From assembly GCF_036397675.1 (NCBI RefSeq), contig NZ_DASWIL010000038.1, positions 21,849 to 85,848 of the forward strand: a stretch of DNA of 64,000 bases. Reading direction: 5' to 3'. Origin of the DNA: Nitrososphaera sp. Lineage in GTDB: Archaea > Thermoproteota > Nitrososphaeria > Nitrososphaerales > Nitrososphaeraceae. A program made the position numbers and the translations under genes. Below the pieces are notes generated by a model. The model did no database searches. It saw only the letters and a program-made list of their open reading frames with translations, and was not told the DNA's origin. Below are positions 1-8,911 of the stretch, piece after piece; the stretch's first letter is position 1, and each line of letters starts with the position of its first letter.

Positions 1-564
1 CGCGGTCTGCTTGATTATTTTCTTGCACGTGTCCAGGACGGCGTCTTCCGTGTATGTTTCAGTAATGCCGGAAAAGTTCAGCAGTATCTTTGCGCGCCCC
101 CTTGGCTCTTTCGCGAATTTGCGCAGGTTCCTGACGGTGTTGTCGAGCCCCTTGTGCGGGTAACCTTGCGCGTTTATCAGGGCCTCCCGCTCGTCGTCGA
201 CCGCAAGCCGGCGCTGGGCGTTGCCAGCCCGTGGGTCTTTGAGCACGCTTCCGGGATTGAGGTAGCCAAACACGTACGAGGTAGCCTCAAGCATCTCGCA
301 GTCCTTGTCAAAGCCTGCCGCCATGCCGACGGGGCTCTTCAGCATGTGCCCTGCAACCCTGACTTCAAGCTGCGGGCCGGGGTCAAAGTAGGACTCGTTT
401 TTGCGGAACTTGTCAGCCATTCTTGCAAGGTGCTCCTTTGCGACTTCATGTATCACTTCGGCCTGCGACAACTCTGCAGTGGCCTTGTGCCGGGAGTAGA
501 GATACTTGCGGTAGAGCTTGAAAAGCGATGGGTCGAGGGATGCCTTGAAGGTGTCTACGAGCAC
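1..564 (-). CDS. pyrD: dihydroorotate dehydrogenase, class-2-like (N-terminal 188 aa; gene runs off the left edge)
   Basis: Absent from the ORF track because it has no stop in the window. My minus-strand translation from GTG at 564 reads ...RVAGHMLKSPVGMAAGFDKDCEML...GSVLKDPRAGNAQRRLAVDDEREALINAQGYPHKGLDNTVRNL... This matches the GLAAGxDK, GN-x-x-PR and IN-x-G-x-x-x-G blocks of quinone-type DHODH. An in-frame TAA lies two codons upstream of the GTG. Confidence 0.7.
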   Translation of the reverse strand, partial: MLVDTFKASLDPSLFKLYRKYLYSRHKATAELSQAEVIHEVAKEHLARMADKFRKNESYFDPGPQLEVRVAGHMLKSPVGMAAGFDKDCEMLEATSYVFGYLNPGSVLKDPRAGNAQRRLAVDDEREALINAQGYPHKGLDNTVRNLRKFAKEPRGRAKILLNFSGITETYTEDAVLDTCKKIIKQTA

Positions 565-599
565 GGGTTACAGGTTTTTCCTTGCGCCAAGATATATGG

Positions 600-803
600 C
601 TAGTGCTGGCCGTCCTTCACGAACTGCCACAGCTGCGACCAGAGGGCGTCAAAGCTATGCACGCCTATTTCGTAGCTTGCCGAGTTGCCGTACTCGTTAG
701 TCACAACAAGGGAGCCGTCCTCGCTTATCGAGATAGACCTGTCGCCCATAGACGCGGAGGCGCTGCCGGCAATCTTGACTTCCTTTTTCTTTGCCATGCC
801 CAT
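600..803 (-). CDS. hypothetical small protein (67 aa)
   Basis: ORF track. Same strand as pyrD and 35 nt upstream of it. Composition is unremarkable and there is no recognisable motif. Confidence 0.35.
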   Translation of the reverse strand: MGMAKKKEVKIAGSASASMGDRSISISEDGSLVVTNEYGNSASYEIGVHSFDALWSQLWQFVKDGQH

Positions 804-849
804 TATGCGCCGGTAGGATTTTTAAATGCATTTGCGCATATTTTCCTAG

Positions 850-1053
850 ATGAAGTCGGCCGACTGCGTCGAGAACAACCACGGCACGTGCAAGGGGTGG
901 TTCAAGGAAGAAGTTGATTCGTCGCAAGTGACACGGGTCTGCGCCTGCCCGTGCCACGACAGCATGTATCAGCTCGTGCGCAACACGGTTGCCCTTGTCA
1001 ACCAGGCCGAGCGGACAAATCCGTTCAATCAGAGCTACGACGAGCGCCTGTAG
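850..1053 (+). CDS. hypothetical Cys/His-rich small protein (67 aa)
   Basis: ORF track. Contains C-x7-C and CACPCH clusters, a possible metal site. A TTTTAAAT box at about 819-826 lies roughly 25 nt upstream of the ATG, which fits a leaderless promoter. Confidence 0.4.
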   Translation: MKSADCVENNHGTCKGWFKEEVDSSQVTRVCACPCHDSMYQLVRNTVALVNQAERTNPFNQSYDERL

Positions 1054-1403
1054 CGGTGTTTCAAATACAGGAGCGCGAGGTTGAGCGCGGTGCCTGTCAC
1101 GTTTGCCCCGATTATCACCCAGTCTCCTCTGAAAACGCCGTAGGCAAGCCACAGCATCGTGCCGGAGGCAAAGAGCGCCATGAGGTATTGCGAGACGTCG
1201 TGCATCCTCTTGGTGCGGTAGGCCTTGACAAGCTGAGGCACAAAGCTGCCGGTGGTAAGCGCCGCTGCAAGCGAGCCTACCACTGTCACGAAAATGCCGT
1301 CGAATATTATCTGCATCAGTAGCTGCGACGACGACATGAGGGCACTTTTGCCGGCCCAGCTATTAAACGTCTGCTCCGCCAGTTTAATAATGGCCGGAAC
1401 CAA
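1035..1403 (-). CDS. PQ-loop / SemiSWEET-type small transporter
   Basis: Three predicted TM helices and the PQ motif (GSFVPQLVKAYRTKR). The start is uncertain: TTG at 1403 or the internal ATG at 1337 (MSSSQLL...). Confidence 0.7.
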   Translation of the reverse strand: MVPAIIKLAEQTFNSWAGKSALMSSSQLLMQIIFDGIFVTVVGSLAAALTTGSFVPQLVKAYRTKRMHDVSQYLMALFASGTMLWLAYGVFRGDWVIIGANVTGTALNLALLYLKHRYRRSS

Positions 1404-1411
1404 ATAACGGC

Positions 1412-1570
1412 ATGCAGCTTAAAGACCTTGTCGACGGCGCGGTTGTGGGATCCGGCTCTGACTATATCGTGGTACAAAAGGGCAAGAAGAGGATACTGCT
1501 GGAATGCCCGGGCTTCAAGCTGCAGGAATTAAAGACCCACGGCACGCCGTACGGCTCACAATTCGATTGA
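1412..1570 (+). CDS. hypothetical small ORF (52 aa)
   Basis: My own translation gives MQLKDLVDGAVVGSGSDYIVVQKGKKRILLECPGFKLQELKTHGTPYGSQFD. It is below the track's length cutoff and fills the gap upstream of top6B. Confidence 0.25.
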   Translation: MQLKDLVDGAVVGSGSDYIVVQKGKKRILLECPGFKLQELKTHGTPYGSQFD

Positions 1571-1610
1571 TTTTAGTACCAAGTCAACAAAAATTCCGTA
1601 AAAAGTTAAA

Positions 1611-3560
1611 TTGAGTTACGGCGCCACTTCTCAACGTTTGACGCAAAAGGTTACCGCTGAGGTAGCGGCCAGGCCAGCCGACGTACCGGCTTCACAGACC
1701 CGGGCCGTGCACAGGGGCAGGGTGAAATATGACAAGAAGGCCGAGTCCGAGTTCTTCGTAGACAACTCGGCACTTGCAGGGTTTACCGGCGAGCGCATCC
1801 TATACATGGCAGTGCGCGAGCTTATCGAAAACGCGCTTGACTCGTGCGAGAGCAGCCACATCCTGCCTAGGGTATCGCTGTCGCTAAAGAATGTCGATCC
1901 CGCTAACGAGATGTGGGCTGTCACGTGCCAGGACAACGGTATCGGAATACCGGCGGACAAGGTGCCGGTAGCGGTGTGCTCGTTTCTAACGTCGGGCAAG
2001 TACGTGGAAAAGCAGCAGCGCGGGCTTTTCGGCGTCGGCCTGAAGATGATAGCCGCGTTTTCCACAAAGGACACGGACCACCCGCTTAAGGTGTGGAGCA
2101 AGTCCGCGGAGGAAGATTCGGAATATTATTTTGAGCTGCGAACAGACATCAGCACGAACAGGCCGATAGTTCTTGCCAGAAAACAGCTAAAGGGCTCAGA
2201 ATCGGCTGTTCCCGGCGAGTCCGGTTTTCGGGTTGAAGCCATACTCAGGGCGAGGCTCTCGCCCATAACAAAGAGCAGGATATACGACTACATCAGCCAG
2301 ACGTCCGTCGTCAACCCGTACGCCCATTTCGAGTTCCAGACGGACGAGGGCAAGGTGGCGTTTGAGCGCAGGACGGAGAGGATGCCAGAACCTGCGAAAG
2401 AAGTGCTGCCGCACCCGGCCGACATGGACTTGAAGACGCTCAAAAAGGCCATCATGAACTTCATGAACCAGAAAACAACGTTGCAGGGCGTGCTTGCAGG
2501 ATCGTTCCAGAAGCTGTCAAGCGAGAAAGCCAAGCAGATAGTTGCCGAAGCAAGTCTCGAGAACAGGCCTGCCGACCAGTACGACGAGCACGAGCTCATA
2601 AAAATAGTCAACATCTGCAAGCAGACCAAGTTCCACATGCCAAACACGGACCACCTGAGCCCCATTGGCGAGGAGATTCTCACCGCCGGCATGACTTCTG
2701 AATACGCCATAATCACCGGCAAAGACGAGGCCAACCAGCAGCCACAGCTTTCGGTAAAGATACTAAAGCCGTCGCTCACCGCCTATTCATCAAGAACTTG
2801 CGTCATCAACAACCGGCCCACCGTCGTAGAATGCGGCATAGCGTACGGCGGCGACATCGGCTCGTTCAAGATGTACAGGTTTGCAAACAAGATCCCGCTC
2901 CTTTACGACGAGGGATCTGATGTTGCGAAAGAAGTCGTCTCGGAAGTCGAGATAAACAAGATGGGCATATCCAAGAAGGAGGTCAAGGAGCAGTTTGCAA
3001 ACCCTGATGCAAAGTCTGACAGGGCTGTCGAACTGCTGCCGTTGCACATCTTTTTCCACATCTGCTCGACAAAGATACCGTACAAGACCGCAGGCAAGGA
3101 GAGCATCGCTTCCGAGGGCGACTTGAAGCGGTACATGAAAGCATGTTTGTCGGATTTATATCGCAAGGTGAGCGCGCAGATACGCAAGGAGCTGAAGATG
3201 AAGAATGCCCAGAACCGGCTGTCGCTTTACAAGTTTTACATCCCGCTCATAGTCGAGGCCATATCCGAGTCGATAACGGTCGATGCCAAAAAGCTAGAAC
3301 ACGCGTTCACTGAGCTTGCCGAAAAGCACGTTTCCGGCGAAATTACAAACCAGCAGCCGGAGCGCGAGGACGAGATAACCAGCGAGCGTCTCGAGGAAGA
3401 GGTCGTTGAAGCGGAAATTGACGGCGAGGTGGTAAAGCGCGACAAGGCGCAGATAGCAATAAACGCGGCCAGGAAAAAGGGCGAGCGCGCAAGGCCCAGG
3501 TCCAAGAAGGAAGGCCAGACCACGCTTGCCGAGTTTTCCAAAAAGGCGGGGAAAAAGTAG
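1611..3560 (+). CDS. top6B: DNA topoisomerase VI subunit B
   Basis: GHKL/Bergerat ATPase boxes RELIENALDS, QDNGIGI and GLFGVGLK. The N-terminal AESEFFVDNSALAGF resembles the Top6B start region. It sits immediately upstream of top6A. The TTG start at 1611 adds about 38 aa; GTG at about 1725 is an alternative. Confidence 0.95.
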   Translation: MSYGATSQRLTQKVTAEVAARPADVPASQTRAVHRGRVKYDKKAESEFFVDNSALAGFTGERILYMAVRELIENALDSCESSHILPRVSLSLKNVDPANEMWAVTCQDNGIGIPADKVPVAVCSFLTSGKYVEKQQRGLFGVGLKMIAAFSTKDTDHPLKVWSKSAEEDSEYYFELRTDISTNRPIVLARKQLKGSESAVPGESGFRVEAILRARLSPITKSRIYDYISQTSVVNPYAHFEFQTDEGKVAFERRTERMPEPAKEVLPHPADMDLKTLKKAIMNFMNQKTTLQGVLAGSFQKLSSEKAKQIVAEASLENRPADQYDEHELIKIVNICKQTKFHMPNTDHLSPIGEEILTAGMTSEYAIITGKDEANQQPQLSVKILKPSLTAYSSRTCVINNRPTVVECGIAYGGDIGSFKMYRFANKIPLLYDEGSDVAKEVVSEVEINKMGISKKEVKEQFANPDAKSDRAVELLPLHIFFHICSTKIPYKTAGKESIASEGDLKRYMKACLSDLYRKVSAQIRKELKMKNAQNRLSLYKFYIPLIVEAISESITVDAKKLEHAFTELAEKHVSGEITNQQPEREDEITSERLEEEVVEAEIDGEVVKRDKAQIAINAARKKGERARPRSKKEGQTTLAEFSKKAGKK

Positions 3561-4667
3561 ATGCCCATAAAGGACAAGCGCCACCAGGAAGTTACCAAGA
3601 AAATAAAGACGATAATGAAGGACGTGAGCGCCGACCTCTTGCTTGAAAAGACCATGCCGGTGCTCGAACTGCAAAAAGTGGGCTACGACAACACCGTCTG
3701 GTCCGAAGAAAAGAGGATGCTCACCATAGGCGACAAGATGGTCAAGATAAGCCCAGACAGCACGAAAAAGATCCCTACTTTTGCCCAGTACCTTGTGATG
3801 GCAAACGCCGTGCGCAAGCTGCTCGACGAGGAGATGGAGAGCACGATAAGGGGTATGTATTATGCCACGCTGAGCACCATCGGCGACGAGAAGAACAAGC
3901 AGAAATTCTGGAACGGTCAGGAGGACTCTGACGACGCCATCAAGGCGATTGAACTTTTGACTGGCGTTCCCAGGGAAGAGTTTTCGGTAACGTCAAAGCC
4001 AAAAGGCATGATTTCAGGACCGATAACGCTCAGGGTCGGTGGCGACATCATCGACTGCAACTTGGGGAGCAGGGCGACTTCGCAGCTGATACCGACGAAC
4101 ATCCGCGACGTGGAGATAGTCAAGGTTAAGGCGGACTTTGTCATGGTGGTGGAAAAGGACACGGTGCTGAACAACATACGCAAGTCAGGATTTATCCAGA
4201 AATACAACGCGATCCTGCTGACTGGTTCAGGCGAGCCCGACCGTGCAACGAGGATGATGGTCAAGACCCTCAACGAGGAGTGGAAGATGCCCGTTGTGGT
4301 GTTTGCCGACGCAGACCCGTGGGGCCTCGGTATTGCGTTGCGCTACAAAATAGGAAGCGAATCGCTATCCTATGATAGTGACAGATTGGTCGCTCCAAAC
4401 GCAAAGGTGCTTGGCATGATGTTTTCAGATATTTACGAGTACAACATACCCGAAGTCGCAAGACTTGCAGCCACCGACGAGGACATAAACAGGGCGTCGG
4501 ACATGAAGAAAAAGCCGTGGTTCCAGGACAAGCAATGGCAGAAGGAGCTTAACCTGTTCTTGCAGAAAAAGGAAAAGTGTGAGCTGGACGCGTTCTTCAA
4601 GCACGGCTTCAAGTACCTGGCAGAAGTCTATTTGCCAAGAAAACTACGCGAGGCAGGCGTCATCTAG
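3561..4667 (+). CDS. top6A: DNA topoisomerase VI subunit A (Spo11 family)
   Basis: Has the IRGMYY catalytic-Tyr region and the Toprim acidic motif FADADPWGLGI. The ATG directly follows the top6B TAG. Confidence 0.95.
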   Translation: MPIKDKRHQEVTKKIKTIMKDVSADLLLEKTMPVLELQKVGYDNTVWSEEKRMLTIGDKMVKISPDSTKKIPTFAQYLVMANAVRKLLDEEMESTIRGMYYATLSTIGDEKNKQKFWNGQEDSDDAIKAIELLTGVPREEFSVTSKPKGMISGPITLRVGGDIIDCNLGSRATSQLIPTNIRDVEIVKVKADFVMVVEKDTVLNNIRKSGFIQKYNAILLTGSGEPDRATRMMVKTLNEEWKMPVVVFADADPWGLGIALRYKIGSESLSYDSDRLVAPNAKVLGMMFSDIYEYNIPEVARLAATDEDINRASDMKKKPWFQDKQWQKELNLFLQKKEKCELDAFFKHGFKYLAEVYLPRKLREAGVI

Positions 4668-4677
4668 GCAATCTTCT

Positions 4678-5391
4678 TTGAGCTCTCGAGATTCTCTCCA
4701 GTCGCTCTTGATCGACAACTCGCTCTTGATTTCCGTGAGGGCAAGCAGGCGCGCTAGGCAGATGCGGCTTGTGGCGAGCATCAGGGGCGTAGAGGCGGTG
4801 ATTCCAGCCACTTGCAGCGCGGAAAAGCTGCACGAATTTGTGGAAAGTAAGCGCGGCTGGATAACCAAGATGGCGCAGCACTACAACAAAATTAAAGAGC
4901 GCTCTGGCCACGAAGACGGCGCCGTCTACTACCTTGGCGGCAAATACCACTATCACATCATAAAAGACAGGTGTCCGTCGGCCGTTGTCTCTGACGCGAT
5001 AAAGACCATAACGTTCCACGTGACTGACAGGCGCAGCTACAAGAAGGAAATCGAGCAGTGGTATAAAGTTCAGACCGCGCGGATAATCTCCGAGCGTCTG
5101 CCGCAAGTAAGCGCAAGAACCGGCCTTGCATACAACAAAGTCTCGATAAAGAAGCAAAGGTCGAGGTGGGCTAGCTGCTCCAAAAAGCGCAACTTGAACT
5201 TTAACCTGTTCCTGGCCGCTGCGCCCGTCGAAGTCATCGACTATGTCATCGTGCACGAGCTTGCGCACACGGTCGAATTGAACCACTCCACGAGGTTCTG
5301 GAAGGTGGTGCAGGATCGCGACCCCGGATACAGGGAGCACAGGGCGTGGCTTGAGGACCGCTCGCCGGCGATAGGGATAGAAAGTTTATAG
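4678..5391 (+). CDS. YgjP-like metal-dependent hydrolase (DUF45 / M48-like)
   Basis: Has the HELAHTVELNHSTRFW zinc-binding signature and the N-terminal RRARQMRLVASIRGVEAVIPATCSAEKLHEFVESKRGWI pattern typical of DUF45. The track ORF starts at 4579 inside top6A. I place the start at in-frame TTG 4678 (or 4708) after the top6A stop. Confidence 0.75.
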   Translation: MSSRDSLQSLLIDNSLLISVRASRRARQMRLVASIRGVEAVIPATCSAEKLHEFVESKRGWITKMAQHYNKIKERSGHEDGAVYYLGGKYHYHIIKDRCPSAVVSDAIKTITFHVTDRRSYKKEIEQWYKVQTARIISERLPQVSARTGLAYNKVSIKKQRSRWASCSKKRNLNFNLFLAAAPVEVIDYVIVHELAHTVELNHSTRFWKVVQDRDPGYREHRAWLEDRSPAIGIESL

Positions 5392-5409
5392 ACAGTCGGC
5401 ACCGCCCTT

Positions 5410-6462
5410 TTGTGGATGGATGTACAGGAACGCCTCGACCTCGTGCTGCGCGACCCGACCGAGGAGGTCATCACGCGTGGCGAGCTTGAAGGGCTTTTCA
5501 AGACCAAGTCGCGCCCGCGCCATTACATCGGCCTGGAGATATCCGGCGCCCTGCATCTTGGCAGCCTCATCCTGACAGGGTTTAAGATTAACGACTTTAT
5601 CAAGGCAAGAATCGACTGCACCGTGTTCCTGGCTGACTGGCACACCTACATCAACGATAAGCTCGGAGGCGACTGGGACAAGATCCGCGAGATATCGCGG
5701 TACTACGCCGACGCGTTCCAGTTCTTTTGCCCCGGCGTCAACATTGTCACGGGCAGTGACTTGTACAAGAAAACGCCGGAATACTGGGAGAATTTCGTGC
5801 GCTTTGCCAAGCACATGACTCTTGCAAGGACTGTGCGCTCGCTCACGATAATGGGGAGGAAGGAGACGGAAGGCATGGACCTCGGGCAGTTGCTGTATCC
5901 GCCGATGCAGTCCGTAGACATCAAGGCGCTGGACCTTGACATCGTGCACTCGGGGATGGACCAGCGCAAGATCCACATGCTTGTACGAGAGGTGTTTCCC
6001 AAGATGGGCTGGAAGCCGCCGGTGTGCGTCCACCATCATTTGCTGCCCGGGCTCGCAGAGCCGGTCAAGCTGGGCCTTGACGAGAACGCCGACGAGGACG
6101 CCAAGATATCAAGCAAGATGAGCAAGACCAAGCCTGCTAGCGGCATACGGATACACGACGACGAGAAGGCAATCCGCGACAAGGTTTCAAAGGCGTTCTG
6201 CCCGGTAGGCATCAAAGAAGGCAACCCCGTGCTGGAGCTTGTGCGCCACGTTGTCTTCCATGAGTTTTCCGAGTTTGTGATAGAGCGACCCACCAAATAC
6301 GGCGGTAACATGACGTACGCAAGCTACGCCGAAGTCGAGCGGGACTTTGTCGCAAAAAAAATCCACCCGATGGACCTAAAGAGCGCGGCTGCGACGTACG
6401 TCAACAGGATAATCGAGCCAGTCTACAAACATTTCAAGGGCAGAGAGCCCAAGCTGGCTTGA
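5410..6462 (+). CDS. tyrS: tyrosine--tRNA ligase, archaeal type
   Basis: Has a HIGH-like block (HYIGLEISGALHLG), KMSKT, QRKIHMLVRE, and a C-terminal PTKYGGNMTYASYAEVERDFVAKKIHPMDLK that closely resembles the M. jannaschii TyrRS sequence as I remember it. Confidence 0.9.
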   Translation: MWMDVQERLDLVLRDPTEEVITRGELEGLFKTKSRPRHYIGLEISGALHLGSLILTGFKINDFIKARIDCTVFLADWHTYINDKLGGDWDKIREISRYYADAFQFFCPGVNIVTGSDLYKKTPEYWENFVRFAKHMTLARTVRSLTIMGRKETEGMDLGQLLYPPMQSVDIKALDLDIVHSGMDQRKIHMLVREVFPKMGWKPPVCVHHHLLPGLAEPVKLGLDENADEDAKISSKMSKTKPASGIRIHDDEKAIRDKVSKAFCPVGIKEGNPVLELVRHVVFHEFSEFVIERPTKYGGNMTYASYAEVERDFVAKKIHPMDLKSAAATYVNRIIEPVYKHFKGREPKLA

Positions 6463-6923
6463 GCAGCCCCGACTTTCTCAAAAAATACAGTGACGCCGCC
6501 AAGTTCAACAGGAACATCATCATAGCCGGCTTCGCCGCGTTCCTGACAAGCACCTATGTCGCGCAGGCATCCTACGAAAGCACGGGAGACCTTGGGAATT
6601 CTGCGGTAGCCCTTGCGACCGAGTACGGCGTCTACATACCTGTGTTTGCTCTCCTGTTCTACCTAGACAACAGGGGCAAGTATGTCGATGAGAACGGCAA
6701 AAGGAACTCAAAAAAGATTGGCGACGACATCAAAAAGCTGCTTGCGAGTTTTTCCGTGGCAGAGGCGATATTTGCGGTCACCAGGTTTGGCCTGCACTAC
6801 CAATTCCTGCAATTAGGCGCAGAAGCATACGAAGCGTCGATGGCAAGCTCGGTGGTCGCGTGGGCTGTGTTTTTCGTTGCGATAAACCTGATGGCCAAGC
6901 TGGTAAAGCTGTTCAGACACTAG
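6459..6923 (+). CDS. hypothetical membrane protein (154 aa)
   Basis: ORF track. About four hydrophobic helices. The TTG start overlaps the tyrS stop by 4 nt. Confidence 0.5.
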   Translation: MSSPDFLKKYSDAAKFNRNIIIAGFAAFLTSTYVAQASYESTGDLGNSAVALATEYGVYIPVFALLFYLDNRGKYVDENGKRNSKKIGDDIKKLLASFSVAEAIFAVTRFGLHYQFLQLGAEAYEASMASSVVAWAVFFVAINLMAKLVKLFRH

Positions 6924-6945
6924 CCTTGCGGACTTATTTGCTTTC

Positions 6946-8046
6946 TTGATGAACTTACGAATTCAACAAACTCCAGGTAGCTTATCGCCGCAGGTTCGCT
7001 TTTTGCCGATAATTACAGAAATAAACCGCTTGGTTGCTACCATCGACATGGAAAGGGCAGAGTTTGGTGGGTTGTCGGCGTGCAGAATCGTAAACGGCAT
7101 GTGGCAGGTGGCCGGCGGCCATGGCAGGATAGACCCGAAAAAGGCGGTCGAGGAGATGATAAAGTATCACGAGGCAGGTTTTACCAGCTGGGACCTTGCA
7201 GACATTTACGGCCCGGCAGAAGAATTCATCGGCGACTTTAGGCGGCTGCTTGCGTCTCAAAAAGGCAAGGGCGAGCTCGCCAAGGTGCAGGCGTTTACAA
7301 AGTTCGTCCCAGAGCCAAAGAGCATGAGCAGGCAGTTTGTGGAGCGCAGCGTCGAGCTTTCGCGCCGCCGGATGGGCGTCGACTCCATTGACCTGATACA
7401 GTTTCACTGGTGGGACTATTACAACCCGGCGTGGCTCGACGCGCTTGTCCATCTGTCTGAACTCCGCGATAAGGGATTGATACGCAACGTCGGGCTCACC
7501 AACTTCGACACCGCCCATATGCATGACATGGCAGACGCGGGCATCAAGATAGCGTCAAACCAAGTGCAGTATTCAATAATCGACCAGAGGCCGGCGGTCA
7601 AGATGGCTGAATTTTGTAAGAAGAATGGAGTTGTGTTGTTTGCGTACGGCACTGTATGCGGCGGGCTGCTGTCAGAAAAGTACCTCAACAGGCCTGAGCC
7701 GGGGGACGCAGAGCTTGACACGCTGAGCCTTGGCAAGTACAAAAAGATGGTGGACGCCTGGGGCGGCTGGGAGCTTTTCCAGGAACTGCTTGCAACGCTC
7801 AAGGGCATAGCCGACAAGCACAAGGCCAGCGTCGCAAACGTGGCTGCGCGCTATGTGCTTGACAGGCCGTCGGTTGCAGGCGTGATAATAGGCGCTCGCC
7901 TTGGGCTGTCGGAGCACAGGCAGGACAACGCCCGCGTGTTTGGATTTTCGCTCGATAGCGCAGACATGGAAAAGATAGGCACAGTCACTTCCAGGTCCCG
8001 CGACCTTTACCAGCTGATAGGGGACTGCGGTGACGAGTACCGCTAG
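6946..8046 (+). CDS. aldo/keto reductase family oxidoreductase
   Basis: AKR-like blocks WDLADIYGPAEEFIG, IDLIQFHWWD and IRNVGLTNF. The true start is possibly the internal ATG at about 7048 (MERAEFGG...). Confidence 0.85.
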   Translation: MMNLRIQQTPGSLSPQVRFLPIITEINRLVATIDMERAEFGGLSACRIVNGMWQVAGGHGRIDPKKAVEEMIKYHEAGFTSWDLADIYGPAEEFIGDFRRLLASQKGKGELAKVQAFTKFVPEPKSMSRQFVERSVELSRRRMGVDSIDLIQFHWWDYYNPAWLDALVHLSELRDKGLIRNVGLTNFDTAHMHDMADAGIKIASNQVQYSIIDQRPAVKMAEFCKKNGVVLFAYGTVCGGLLSEKYLNRPEPGDAELDTLSLGKYKKMVDAWGGWELFQELLATLKGIADKHKASVANVAARYVLDRPSVAGVIIGARLGLSEHRQDNARVFGFSLDSADMEKIGTVTSRSRDLYQLIGDCGDEYR

Positions 8047-8337
8047 ACGCCTGAAGGCCCGACATCATTTTGAAGTTAGTTAGCCAGAAATGAAAGAAAG
8101 ACTGAAAGCAAGATCTCAAAAAGTAGAAGTACAATTCAAAATCGAATTAGACCGAGTAAAGGGTATCTCTCTGTGAGTTAGCCAAGCCGGACCTTTGGGC
8201 GAAGGTCATGTCTCTTGACAGGAACATCATGTGCGCCTATTTGCTGCACGGTGGGACGCTTGACCACTAGGAAATGCGATAGCAACAGATCAAATGCTCT
8301 GAACTAGAGCTTATATCACCGCTTGCTCAAGGAATCC

Positions 8338-8419
8338 TGCACCGTGATTCCTCCGGCTGTACGCGGGAACCTGTTCCCGGATTTCCGTTCCAGCATGGCA
8401 GGGCTGCTGTCACGGTGCA
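8338..8419. other. candidate structured element: 10-bp closing helix enclosing two hairpins
   Basis: tgcaccgtga (8338-8347) pairs perfectly with tcacggtgca (8410-8419). Inside are the hairpins cgggaa-cctg-ttcccg (8364-8379) and cagca-N9-tgctg (8391-8409). It lies in an 865-nt stretch with no convincing ORF. Confidence 0.25.
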
Positions 8420-8911
8420 AACTATATTATCCAAATTACCTTCATGAGCTTGGGATTTGTATTTGCGATAAAGAACAAACTGTATGTTGCAGAAGCAAAA
8501 GCTTTCCAGTGACGCCACTTTAAGTATACTAATAGACAGAAGACCGCAATCGCGATGCCGTACACTTCTAGTATGGACTCGATAATCACTATTCAGCCAG
8601 CTTTAGCTCAGGAGCTTCTTTCCTATGTCTACTCTCATTACAGACAAATCAATTAAAACGATGACATCATGCTTTTATGGCAGTGGAAAGGATCGACCTC
8701 TATGTTGCCTTGTTCAGGACATAGGGGCATCCTCTTTCACTCCTAGTCATGTCCCTTAATCGAACAGTATCTATCTCTGCAAGGCTTAAGAATGTGTGGT
8801 TGCATCGCTATATGACCCCGTCTGGAGCCCATAAAATGTTCCGCAATTCACTACATAAAACTGGGGAGGAAAGGAGAATGGGAAAGGGAATGTATTGAAG
8901 ATGAGGGAACC

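Noticed and set aside
154-1322. Track ORFs 154-603(+), 518-700(+), 582-917(+), 697-1152(-) and 951-1322(+).
   Set aside because: Their compositions are Arg/Ala/Pro-rich and low-complexity, and they lack motifs. The strand opposite 154-603 encodes a clear DHODH homolog, and the others overlap better-supported small genes.
8140-8260. A D-loop-like string, gttagccaagccgga, suggesting a class-II tRNA.
   Set aside because: I could not build an acceptor stem, an anticodon arm with U33, or a T arm around it.
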